The translations under genes were made by a program, and so were the position numbers. A stretch of 64,000 bases of DNA from Caldithrix abyssi DSM 13497 (lineage in GTDB: Bacteria > Electryoneota > AABM5-125-24 > Hatepunaeales > Hatepunaeaceae), in NCBI GenBank assembly GCA_945865405.1, contig CAMBDS010000007.1, forward strand, positions 1,683 through 65,682, given 5' to 3'. Shown here piece after piece: positions 21,286 to 30,457 of the stretch (the first letter of the stretch is position 1; every line of letters starts with the position of its first letter). Under the pieces are notes generated by a model. It was not told where the DNA came from and searched no databases. It saw only the letters and a list, made by a program, of their open reading frames with translations.

Positions 21286-22947
21286 TTGTCACTCTTTTCC
21301 TTTTACCAGCCGAAACTCTTTACGACTCTTCGGGATTACTCCGCCCGACAATTTAGTTCTGATCTAATTGCCGGTTTGGTGGTTGGAGTGGTGGCACTCC
21401 CGCTCTGCATTGCGCTTGCGATTGCCAGCGGAGTTTCGCCCGAACGCGGCCTCATTGCGGGGATCATCGGCGGATTCCTCGTCTCTGTGCTGGGTGGCAG
21501 TCGCGTCCAGATCGGCGGGCCTGCAGGTGCGTTTGTGGTCATCGTCTTTGGGATTATTGCAGAGTACGGCCTCGAAGGCTTGATAATGGCGACGATGATG
21601 GCCGGTGTAATCCTGATCATCATGGGTGTGATCGGGCTCGGTTCGGTCATCAAGTACATCCCTCACCCGGTCGTAGTCGGGTTCACAAGCGGCATTGCAT
21701 TAATCATCTTCATCTCCCAAATCGGCGACTTGTTGGGGATGAAACTTGCCGGGACTCCCGCTGATGTCCTTGAACGCCTGGAAGTCTATTACCATGCCCT
21801 CGGCACGATTAACGCAAACGCGTTGATGATCGGCGGTTTGACGATATTGATCCAGATATTCTGGCCACGCTGGGTCACCAAACAGGTACCAGGGTCGTTG
21901 ATAGCCATCCTTGTGACAACTCTGCTCGCTGTCTTCTTCACCCTGCCTGTAGATACCATCTCTTCACGCTTTGGCGATATTCCGCGCATGATTCCCGCCC
22001 CGCACTTCCCTCACTTCACTCTTGATCAGATCCGGTTCTTGATACCACCTGCTACGACCATTGCCATTCTTGCGGCAATAGAGTCACTTCTTTCGGCAGT
22101 GGTCTCTGATGGGATGATCGGTAGCAAGCATCGCTCTGACACCGAGCTGGTTGGAATGGGCATCGCAAATATTTCATCTGCATTATTCGGTGGCATACCG
22201 GTTACCGGGGCTATCGCCCGAACAGCCACTAACGTCCGTAACGGAGGCAGGACGCCGATAGCCGGGATCGTTCACTCGATGACACTATTGGCGATAATGG
22301 TCGTCCTCGCTCCCCTTGCCGGGAGAATTCCGTTGGCAGCTTTGGCGGCTGTGTTGATTGTTGTAGCCTATAACATGAGTGAATGGCGCACCGTCAGGGC
22401 GATGATGAAAAGCCCCAAAAGCGACGTTGTCGTGCTATTGACTACTTTATCGCTGACTGTGATTATCGACCTGACAGTTGCGATTCAGGTAGGAATGGTC
22501 ATGGCTGCATTCCTGTTTATGAAGCGGATGGCGGATATTACTCAGGTGATCTCGGTCAAGCCAATGGAGTTAGACAGCGACGAAGAGTTGGCATCCCGGC
22601 AATTACGTGCCGAAGATGACGATATCGAAATTTACGAGATCGACGGGCCGCTCTTTTTCGGCGCAGCATATAAGTTCAAAGAAGCGATGCGGATAGTCGA
22701 GAAACCACCTCGCATTCGAATTTTAAGAATGAGGCGACTGAATGCTATCGACGACACCGGCATCGACGCTCTGAGGGAGGTTACAAAGATGAGTCAGAAA
22801 ATGAAGACGCGACTAATCCTCTGTGAGGTCCACGCCCAACCGCTTGATGCGCTGACCAAGGCTGGCTTCGAGCAATGGCTCGGAGTTGATAATATCACCC
22901 TGACGCTGGCTGGTGCCTTGGAAAGAGTCGAGAGTAAGCGGAAGTAA
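21286..22947 (+). CDS. SulP-family anion transporter with a C-terminal STAS domain
   Basis: DLIAGLVVGVVALPLCIALAIASGVSPERGLIAGIIGGFLVSVLGGSRVQIGGPAGAFVVIV is the SulP signature. The STAS-like tail reads IYEIDGPLFFGAAYKF. Confidence 0.9.
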   Translation: MSLFSFYQPKLFTTLRDYSARQFSSDLIAGLVVGVVALPLCIALAIASGVSPERGLIAGIIGGFLVSVLGGSRVQIGGPAGAFVVIVFGIIAEYGLEGLIMATMMAGVILIIMGVIGLGSVIKYIPHPVVVGFTSGIALIIFISQIGDLLGMKLAGTPADVLERLEVYYHALGTINANALMIGGLTILIQIFWPRWVTKQVPGSLIAILVTTLLAVFFTLPVDTISSRFGDIPRMIPAPHFPHFTLDQIRFLIPPATTIAILAAIESLLSAVVSDGMIGSKHRSDTELVGMGIANISSALFGGIPVTGAIARTATNVRNGGRTPIAGIVHSMTLLAIMVVLAPLAGRIPLAALAAVLIVVAYNMSEWRTVRAMMKSPKSDVVVLLTTLSLTVIIDLTVAIQVGMVMAAFLFMKRMADITQVISVKPMELDSDEELASRQLRAEDDDIEIYEIDGPLFFGAAYKFKEAMRIVEKPPRIRILRMRRLNAIDDTGIDALREVTKMSQKMKTRLILCEVHAQPLDALTKAGFEQWLGVDNITLTLAGALERVESKRK

Positions 22948-22999
22948 AGGAAAGCCCGCTCAATCCTCATAACTCCTACGATCCTTCGTATCATCAATC

Positions 23000-24784
23000 A
23001 TGAGCGAACCCTCAATCACTCCTCCACTAAAATCATCCCGTGAAGTCATCGTTCGGGCCATCAGGACTATCTCCGCCTCACCCGAACGGATCTGGCCTCA
23101 CCTTACCGACTCCGATCTCTTCAACCGCTATCTTGGGCTGACGCCGCTTGAGATACGGATGGATCGTGACAGCGACAACCTCAATCTGCCTACTGCGGTG
23201 ATGAAGTTCTTCGGAGTTACCGTCGCCCGCCAATCAGACCCCCTGATCGAATGGGTCGCGCCACTCTGGTTCCGTCGCAGGCGCGAGTTTGCCGGATCTC
23301 CATGGCACAGTATCGTATCGCTTCAGACTATTAATGAGATGGCGACCGGGTGCGAAGTGACTTATGAGATGCGCTTCGATGTCCGCTGGTGGTTCAAGCC
23401 ATTCTTCGCAGTCGGTCGGCACTACATCAAACTACGGATCAGCAGCTTCCTCTCCCGTGTCGATGTGTTATCCAAAGCCGAAGCCTCTGAGACCAGCCCC
23501 GCACCCGTTTCCAAAGTCTCCATCGACCGGCAGTTTTGCCGTGACCGATACAGAGACTACCAAATCGATCAACAACTCCTCGAAACTCTCCTCGACTGGA
23601 TAGCATCGGCTGATATGCGCCAGTTGCAGCGCATCAGGCCGCTTCAGCTAGCCTCGGAACTAAACGCAGATGCGAAGGCGTTGTTGCGCCTGTTACTGGT
23701 TGGCAATACCGAGGGCCTATTTGACCTCAACTGGGAGCTTGTCTGCCCGAGCTGCCGCGGCGTCTCGGTTTCCAGTAGCGACCTGAAGCGCATCAAGGCA
23801 GGCTTCCATTGCGACACCTGCCGACTCGACCTGACAGCCAGCTTCGACGACGCCCTAGAGATCACCTTCTCACCGACTCACGCCATCCGAGCCGTCACCC
23901 GCTCAGCCTTCTGCTACGGTTATCCGGTGCAGACTCCGCATGTCATCGTTCAACAGCGCATGGGTCCGTGTGAAGAGTTCGAACTTGAGTCTCTTAAGCC
24001 ATTGATGGTCAACTATTGGGTGCTGCCCTATAAGCACCAGGGCATCGCGGCTCTTGGCGAAAAAACGAGGATTGTCGTAAGTGAGGAGAATGTCCGGGTA
24101 GAGGAGATAAATGGGGGTGTGAAGAGGTTGTCGCTGGTGAATCAATCGTCTCTGCCGATTCTATTTCAGCTGCAGGAACCGCTAAAGACGGCTCAGTGCC
24201 TGACCGCCGCAAAACTGACGTCGATGCAAGACTTCCGCGACCTGCTGGCGACGCAGATACTGGCTCCCGACGTGACGCTGGGGATTCGCAATTTGACGAT
24301 ACTCTTCACCGATCTGAAAGGTTCGACCGAGATGTACTCGCAGATCGGCGATGCTCCGGCGTTCGAGCAAGTCAAGCGCCACTTCGACCTGTTGATCAAG
24401 ATTGTCCGCAATTTCGACGGCGGAGTGGTGAAAACTATCGGCGACTCGGTTATGGCGGTCTTTTCCAATCCTCTGGACGCCGTAAAAGCGGCTTACGAGA
24501 TGCAGAGGCAGGTGACCGGGATTGGGTTGATTCTGAAGGTTGGGATCAATGCTGGGCCTTGTATCGCGATCAGCCAGAACGATGTGCTCGACTACTTCGG
24601 CACAACGGTCAATCTTGCGGCTCGAGTCCAGTCACTCAGCAGGGGCGATATAGTAATCAGTAAAACACTGTTTGAGGTACCCGGAGTGATAGAGATTATT
24701 GTGGGAGAAGGTTTGGCGCACGGGCTGGAAAGCGTGCCGATAAAGGGGTTTTTTCAGGATGTGGAAGTGGTCAGGGTGGGGTAA
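23000..24784 (+). CDS. Class III adenylate/guanylate cyclase with an SRPBCC-like N-terminal domain and a Cys-rich middle domain
   Basis: The C-terminal catalytic core reads LTILFTDLKGSTEMYS...VKTIGDSVMAVF...KVGINAGPCIA...DYFGTTVNLAARVQS. The middle has CPSC...CDTC. Confidence 0.85.
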   Translation: MSEPSITPPLKSSREVIVRAIRTISASPERIWPHLTDSDLFNRYLGLTPLEIRMDRDSDNLNLPTAVMKFFGVTVARQSDPLIEWVAPLWFRRRREFAGSPWHSIVSLQTINEMATGCEVTYEMRFDVRWWFKPFFAVGRHYIKLRISSFLSRVDVLSKAEASETSPAPVSKVSIDRQFCRDRYRDYQIDQQLLETLLDWIASADMRQLQRIRPLQLASELNADAKALLRLLLVGNTEGLFDLNWELVCPSCRGVSVSSSDLKRIKAGFHCDTCRLDLTASFDDALEITFSPTHAIRAVTRSAFCYGYPVQTPHVIVQQRMGPCEEFELESLKPLMVNYWVLPYKHQGIAALGEKTRIVVSEENVRVEEINGGVKRLSLVNQSSLPILFQLQEPLKTAQCLTAAKLTSMQDFRDLLATQILAPDVTLGIRNLTILFTDLKGSTEMYSQIGDAPAFEQVKRHFDLLIKIVRNFDGGVVKTIGDSVMAVFSNPLDAVKAAYEMQRQVTGIGLILKVGINAGPCIAISQNDVLDYFGTTVNLAARVQSLSRGDIVISKTLFEVPGVIEIIVGEGLAHGLESVPIKGFFQDVEVVRVG

Positions 24785-24796
24785 GTGATGGCTTCC

Positions 24797-24822
24797 GCTG
24801 GCAGACGCCCTCGTCTGCCAGC
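24797..24822 (+). terminator. Hairpin 13 nt after the cyclase stop (no U-tract)
   Basis: GCTGGCAGACG-ccct-CGTCTGCCAGC forms an 11-bp perfect stem. It belongs to the AGACG-AGGG-CGTCT hairpin family. Confidence 0.5.
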
Positions 24823-24838
24823 AAAGTGCTCAAGTATT

Positions 24839-24862
24839 CCGTCAGACGAGGGCGTCTGACGG
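24839..24862 (-). terminator. Hairpin after the convergent outer-membrane-protein gene (no U-tract)
   Basis: CCGTCAGACG-aggg-CGTCTGACGG forms a 10-bp perfect stem. Confidence 0.5.
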
Positions 24863-24894
24863 CGGAATCGTAATGCTTAGTGTTGACATAGGAC

Positions 24895-26067
24895 TTAAAA
24901 ATGCAACGAAGCCCCGAAAACAATCATCTGATTGCTCTCTTTGTCAAAGTTTCCCGCACCGTTTTTGTAGCTCCAGAAGTAGTTCGTCAAGGAACTGTGC
25001 AGGCTGAATTGCTGATTCAATAGATACGATGCACCGCCACTCACGGACTGACGACGGTCGTCCTTATAGGCATCTCCATACGGCGCAGGAAGATACTGGT
25101 ATCCGGCGTAGAGATGAACCGGAGCCCACGGTAAATGTGCCGCAGCACCAACGTGGTGCGTAACCCCTGATTTGAAGTCGCGGGTGATCTCGTTATTGAT
25201 AATTGCGACATCGGCTTTGTGGTACTGACTCGACTCAAACTCGAGGCCGCTCCAATCGCTCCACTCGAGTTCGTAGAAGCCGCTCCAGAGGGGATATAGA
25301 AGCGATGCCCCAACCCTGAACACCATTGGCCGTTTCAGTGTGTAATTCCAAGTTTGGCTCATCGCATCGTCAGGGCGGTCAACAGTCCATTCAGTCAGTT
25401 TATCGTCAACATCGACCGCAGCGGGTAGATCGACTGCCGCCCCGATATTGAGGTTGGGTGAAGTGCGGTTCAAAAATCCAAAAGTGAAGTAATAGCCTTT
25501 ATATTCAGGATTTAGCAACGAACTGCTATCACTACCTTCAGTCGAAAGCTGATTGGAGCCCCTCAATAGTCGAAGCGATCCGCCAAGATAAAAATCCTTT
25601 ACCGCCTCGTAGGATATACCTGCCTCTGTGGCGTAAATACCGCCGCCCTCATTCGCGTCTCCATTGTTCGTCAAAAATCCATTCGAAAAATCAATCTCTT
25701 TCTGGATGCCAAAGCTAAAAGCGAGGCCTCCCTGATAGACCGCAACCGGCACGATCGCGTAGATCCCGCCGGGGACTGTCGAGCTATGGGAGACGGACGG
25801 CCCGCTGAAGCTGTTGTTCTGGAAATTGATCTGAACATGGCCGAAACGGCTTAAGCCGATATTCGCCGGATTGGATGTTGCCCCGGGAATCAGCTGTCCT
25901 GCGGCGACGGTTGCGTTGCCTATCGCCGTACCAATCGATTGAGACCCGTAAAATCCAAAGAATGGCCTGATGAAGTCTGCTCGTTGTTGACCGAATGTCA
26001 TCAGAGGTAGCGTCAGCAACATGCCGATCAACAGAATCCGGCTTTTATTTGCAAGACTATCGATCAC
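24895..26067 (-). CDS. Outer-membrane beta-barrel protein
   Basis: There is a signal peptide (KSRILLIGMLLTLPLMTFGQQ), an alternating beta-strand pattern rich in G/Y/S/N, and a C-terminal ...VFGASLHF ending in aromatic Phe. The GTG at 26067 is preferred over the track start at 26142. Confidence 0.7.
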   Translation of the reverse strand: MIDSLANKSRILLIGMLLTLPLMTFGQQRADFIRPFFGFYGSQSIGTAIGNATVAAGQLIPGATSNPANIGLSRFGHVQINFQNNSFSGPSVSHSSTVPGGIYAIVPVAVYQGGLAFSFGIQKEIDFSNGFLTNNGDANEGGGIYATEAGISYEAVKDFYLGGSLRLLRGSNQLSTEGSDSSSLLNPEYKGYYFTFGFLNRTSPNLNIGAAVDLPAAVDVDDKLTEWTVDRPDDAMSQTWNYTLKRPMVFRVGASLLYPLWSGFYELEWSDWSGLEFESSQYHKADVAIINNEITRDFKSGVTHHVGAAAHLPWAPVHLYAGYQYLPAPYGDAYKDDRRQSVSGGASYLLNQQFSLHSSLTNYFWSYKNGAGNFDKESNQMIVFGASLHF

Positions 26068-26719
26068 GACTTTTCTCCCGACGCTGTTGTTTGTCGTCTT
26101 TCGGTGGCTCCGGTTCCGCCGGTTTTTCCGGTTCTGGTGCAAGTGGCTGAGTTGACCTTAGTGAACGTTTCTCTTCTTCCGGTTTGGCAGGATGGGGCTG
26201 AGCAGGAGGTTCTTCAGCCGGTTTGCCCGGAGTTGTCACTACTGGTGCAGCTGCATTATTCTCCGAAGGCGCTTGGAGAATCTCGCCAGGGGTCTGATTC
26301 GGAAGCGATGGAGCCTCCGATCGTCGGTAGTCCTTCTGTCGGCGAGGAGTCTTTGGCGCAGGAGTGCCGGGGGTAGGAGTGCCGGGAGTAATGTAACCAC
26401 CGTTACCCCACCAGTGGCGCTTGCGATGGTAACCATAGGGATTGTAGTAGTAGGGATCCCAGTACTGATACCCGCCACCATACCCACCGCGGTAATAGTA
26501 CGGGTCCTGGTAGTAGCTATCGACGTTCATTTGGTTCTGGTTGTAGATCGTCACGCCCCCATAGACCACCGAATCGGATAGAGCCATGGCAGAGTCACCC
26601 GTTTCATCCGAATACGTCATCTCTGCGGGTGGCGGGTAGAGCATCGTGTAACAGCCGGATAGGCTTATTGCAACCAGCGTCATCAAGTAAATCTTACGCA
26701 CCTCGAACTCCCTTTTCAA
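26057..26719 (-). CDS. Lipoprotein with Tyr/Gly-rich and Pro-rich low-complexity regions
   Basis: The lipobox is LVAISLSGC. It is followed by YYQDPYYYRGGYGGGYQYWDPYYYNPYGY and then a P/T/E/K-rich tail. Confidence 0.7.
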   Translation of the reverse strand: MKREFEVRKIYLMTLVAISLSGCYTMLYPPPAEMTYSDETGDSAMALSDSVVYGGVTIYNQNQMNVDSYYQDPYYYRGGYGGGYQYWDPYYYNPYGYHRKRHWWGNGGYITPGTPTPGTPAPKTPRRQKDYRRSEAPSLPNQTPGEILQAPSENNAAAPVVTTPGKPAEEPPAQPHPAKPEEEKRSLRSTQPLAPEPEKPAEPEPPKDDKQQRREKSRDR

Positions 26720-26737
26720 ATAGACTCAGGGGGGGCC

Positions 26738-26773
26738 GGGAACCAAGCTGAATCTTGGTTCAGCTTGGTTCCC
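26738..26773. promoter_or_regulatory. 15-bp perfect inverted repeat in a divergent promoter region
   Basis: GGGAACCAAGCTGAA-tcttgg-TTCAGCTTGGTTCCC lies between the lipoprotein start (26719, minus strand) and the NmrA gene start (27001, plus strand). Confidence 0.5.
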
Positions 26774-27000
26774 GAATTTCGTAGGACAGAGGTAGTCTCC
26801 ATCAATCGTACCAACTTTCCCCCTCTATTAAGTTAAACGCTCACAATCGTAATTCTCACGCGTTATCCTTCTATTATTTCTTATGCTCTAAATGACGACC
26901 TCCACTTTGATTTGAACTACATCAACAACCTCCATTTGACAGCAATATTAGCCTTCCAAACTCGTATCAATGAGTAAACCTAAACTTATTAAAAGGACTC

Positions 27001-27957
27001 ATGAGTATGGCTGATAGGAAAATCATCGCCGTCACCGGAGCGACCGGTGCTCAGGGCGGTGGACTGGTTCGGGCGATTCTCGCCGACACAAGCGGCGAAT
27101 TCGCCGTCAGGGCTATCACACGCGACGTTAACTCCGACGGTGCCAAAGCACTCGCTATAGCCGGAGCAGAGGTCGTCGAAGGCGATATCGACGATCTTGA
27201 GAGCATGAAGAACGCCTTCGCGGGCACTTACGGTGCCTTCTGCGTCACCTTCTTCTGGGCGCATTTCTCCGCTGAAAAAGAGATTGCCGAAGCGCATATC
27301 ATGGCTGAAGCCGCCAAATTTGCCGGCGTCAAGCACGTCATCTGGTCGTCTCTCGAAGACACCCGTCGCTACCTCTCAATCGAAGACGAACGTATGCCCG
27401 TTCTGCACGAAAAGTACAACGTCCCGCATTTCGACGGCAAAGGCGAAGCCGACAAAGCTTTCACCAGCATCGGCTTGCCCGTCACAATTCTCCTGACCTC
27501 ATTCTACTGGGAAAACTTCATCTTCTTCGGACTCGGCCCACAACGTGGCGCTGACGGCACACTTGGCATCACCTTCCCGATGGGTGACAAGAAACTTCCC
27601 GGCATTGCCGCGGAGGACATTGGCAAATGCGCATTCGGGATCTTCAAGCGCGGCAAGGAATACATCGGCAAGACCGTCGGCGTCGCTGGTGAACACTTGA
27701 CAGGTAGTCAAATGGCGTCAAGCTTCACCAAGGTATTCGGCGAGTCTGTACGCTTCAACGACGTACCAGCCGACGTTTACCGCGGTTTCGGCTTTCCGGG
27801 AGCCGACGAAATGGGCAACATGTTCCAATTCAAAAGAGATTTTGAACAAGATTTCTGTGGAAGTCGTGACCTGAACATCGTCCGTTCCTTGAATCCCGAA
27901 GTTCTATCCTTTGACACATGGTTGGTCAACAACAAAGACCGGATACAGCTCCCGTAA
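27001..27957 (+). CDS. NmrA-family NAD(P)-binding protein
   Basis: KIIAVTGATGAQGGGLVRAIL is a Rossmann GxxGxxG motif. The overall NmrA/HSCARG-like layout includes ...HVIWSSLEDT...VPHFDGKGEA. Confidence 0.8.
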   Translation: MSMADRKIIAVTGATGAQGGGLVRAILADTSGEFAVRAITRDVNSDGAKALAIAGAEVVEGDIDDLESMKNAFAGTYGAFCVTFFWAHFSAEKEIAEAHIMAEAAKFAGVKHVIWSSLEDTRRYLSIEDERMPVLHEKYNVPHFDGKGEADKAFTSIGLPVTILLTSFYWENFIFFGLGPQRGADGTLGITFPMGDKKLPGIAAEDIGKCAFGIFKRGKEYIGKTVGVAGEHLTGSQMASSFTKVFGESVRFNDVPADVYRGFGFPGADEMGNMFQFKRDFEQDFCGSRDLNIVRSLNPEVLSFDTWLVNNKDRIQLP

Positions 27958-28007
27958 TTCCTTTGATTGCGACAGGTTAGCTTCGATAAAGCAACCCCAC
28001 ATTCTCC

Positions 28008-30299
28008 ATGGTGAGAGTGTGGGGCTGCTTCTGTTTTTGCCCAAAACTTGACAATGGCGTCAATTCTGATTACCTTACTATCAGCCTATATCTCTGCTTT
28101 TTAGCATTGACGATACGTCGCACTCACGGACTTCTAACTTTGAGCCAAACGATCCAAAGCGTAGAGAGACAGTCTGGCAACCTCTCACCAGGGTGGAAAT
28201 CGTCGATAACGGCTGTTTCCATTTTGTGGCTCACCCTTCTTTGTATCCCCCTCCAAACCTATTCCCAGCCCGTAATCGAAATCGACAATCAAGACTTCGA
28301 GTTAGATATCGGCGCAGAATTTCAGAACGAATTCAATTTCAACATCTCAAACTCCGGCGACGAGGAGTTGCTCTGGCATAGCCGTGAGCAGATTCTCTCT
28401 ATGCCCCAACCCGTTGGACCTGAGCGCGACGAACCGGGCGAAGAGGTCGGCTCCTTCACTTGGCAACGAGCCGGAAGGAACAGCCTGAAGGCTGGGATCT
28501 GCCACGACCTCGCCACCGGGTATGTCATTCTGACAAGTTTCCAGAACAGCTTCTACGGTGTCTTGGACCCGGACGAGGGCTATGCAGTAGTCCGCGAGTG
28601 GCAGTCAGGCCAATCTTTGTTGGGCGTAACCTGCCTGAAAGGGATCATCTACGCGATCAGCGCCGGTCAGGAGTCATTCCAACGGTGGGACATCGCAGGC
28701 AACGACTTGGGAAGCCTCAACACAGGCCAGTTTGCCCCCGTCACAGTCACGTCGAGCGAAGAAGACGAGCTGATCTATTTCATGGACTTTGGAGCATCGA
28801 ATGTTATCAATGTTATGACTCCCGAAGGTGAAATTGTCGGCAGGATCCGTGGCGGGGAGTTGTTCGATGACCATCCGCTCGGCGGGATAGTCTGGGTCGA
28901 TAACCACCGTGAAGGTCATCTGTGGTACATTTCAAGGAATAATCATCACCTGTTCCAACTAAACGTCGCAGCGGGAGTGGGAGATCAGGATAACCTTGAG
29001 GTTGTGCAAACCTTTGCCATACCTGATATTATCAACCCTCACGAGTTTGACGGCGTCAGTCATGATGGCAAAAACCTGATCGTTGGAATCAGAGGCAGGA
29101 GTGACTATTCAGTAATTGATGACGGGATGGGTGAACAATACTGGCTGGTTTGGGAGCCAAAGCAGGGAAACCTTGCTCCTGATGAGGATGCCGAAGTCAT
29201 TGCAACGCTGAACATGAGGGGGATGTACACGGGGGTGTATGAGGTGGAGATTCACATATATTCAAATGATCCCGAATTTCCTGAAAAGGTTATCAGTATT
29301 CTGGTAAATGTATATGGAGTACCGGACATTTCTGTCGTCTGGCCGGCTGAGGCAGGATTTCGCAATGCTATTGATTACAACGCTTTTAATGACGAAGTGT
29401 GGACTGGTTATGAATCAATAGTACCATTGACTTTTGAGAATATAGGTACTGATTATCTCGATATTTCCGAAATATTTTCCCAAAATGAAATTTTTGTGCC
29501 GGAAATTGATAACTTTTTATTATCACCGGGGGAGGAGAGGGATGTGGGTGTAGTATTCACCGCCCCCGAACCTCAGCTTTTTCAGGACACTCTTGTAATT
29601 AGATCGAATGATGAAGACAATGGAGAGATAAAAATCCCCATCAAAGGCAGGGCTTTCGATCCACCCATTATTGGCGTCGATACGCAAAACATCGAGCTGA
29701 CGCCGGATGCCAATGTTGTCGAATATGTGTTGGAGATTCGCAATGACGGCGTTTCGCCGCTTCTATGGTGGAGTTCAATCGAGGCTTTTCCCGAGCCAGA
29801 TCCCAACGACACAGGTGCAACCGAGGCGTCTGTTTCGCCTAATCTCGGCGTGCTTGAATCGGGTGAGCGAGCCCAATTGACAATTCAGATTTAGCGGAAT
29901 AACGCCCGTCAGGCAGATGATCAATTTATCCTGATGATTGAGTCGAACGATCCGGCGAGCCCGGAACTGTTAGTCGATGTTTCTGTGCAATGGAGTCTTG
30001 AATTAAGAGATGTGGCTAAGCTCGGTCCAATTCCCGCCACGATGACTTTACTTCCACCCTACCCCAATCCGTTCAATGCGAGTGCGAGGCTTTCTTTCAG
30101 CCTACCTAAGGCTGGCGAGGGGATGTTGGGGCTTTATTCGTTGGAGGGTCGCGAGGTCGCGACGATTGCGGATGGCTACTTCCACGCGGGCTGGCAGAAC
30201 GTCACGCTTGAAGCGGGCGACCTTCCCGCCGGAGTCTATCTGGCAAGGCTTGCGGCTGGGAGCGAGGTGGCAACGACGAGGGTTGTGGTGATGAAGTAG
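28008..30299 (+). pseudogene. T9SS cargo (propeller plus Ig-like domains plus CTD) interrupted by a single in-frame TAG at 29892-29894
   Basis: ORFs 28008-29894 and 29934-30299 are in the same frame. Read-through gives ..AQLTIQI*RNNARQADDQFILMIESNDPASPELL.., collinear with ..TVTLTFDSERLEPDTDYFANLMIESNDPDQP.. of the giant protein. The CTD reads YPNPFNASARLSFSLPKAG...TTRVVVMK. The true start is uncertain (28008-28140), and the signal is ITAVSILWLTLLCIPLQTYSQP. Confidence 0.8.
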
Positions 30300-30333
30300 G
30301 GGAAGGTGCAAAGTGCAAGGTGCAAAGTGCAGG

Positions 30334-30363
30334 CGGCTCGTCGAAGGACGGGCTGTTTTTTTT
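30334..30363 (+). terminator. Rho-independent terminator of the cargo gene
   Basis: CGGCTCGTC-gaag-GACGGGCTG is followed by T8, and then by G8. Confidence 0.7.
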
Positions 30364-30457
30364 GGGGGGGGACGCGAGGTTCGCCCGTACAGGCGATAGT
30401 ATCTGCCGCAGGTTATGGATAGGCTTTAAAATGGTCTCGGAATCGTGCAAATTGTCA

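Noticed and set aside
29892-29894. TAG recoding (pyrrolysine or an alternative genetic code) as an explanation for the in-frame stop
   Set aside because: TAG terminates other well-defined genes in the window (12699-12701 and 30297-30299). No pyl genes are visible. A nonsense mutation or an error is more parsimonious, although low-level read-through cannot be excluded.
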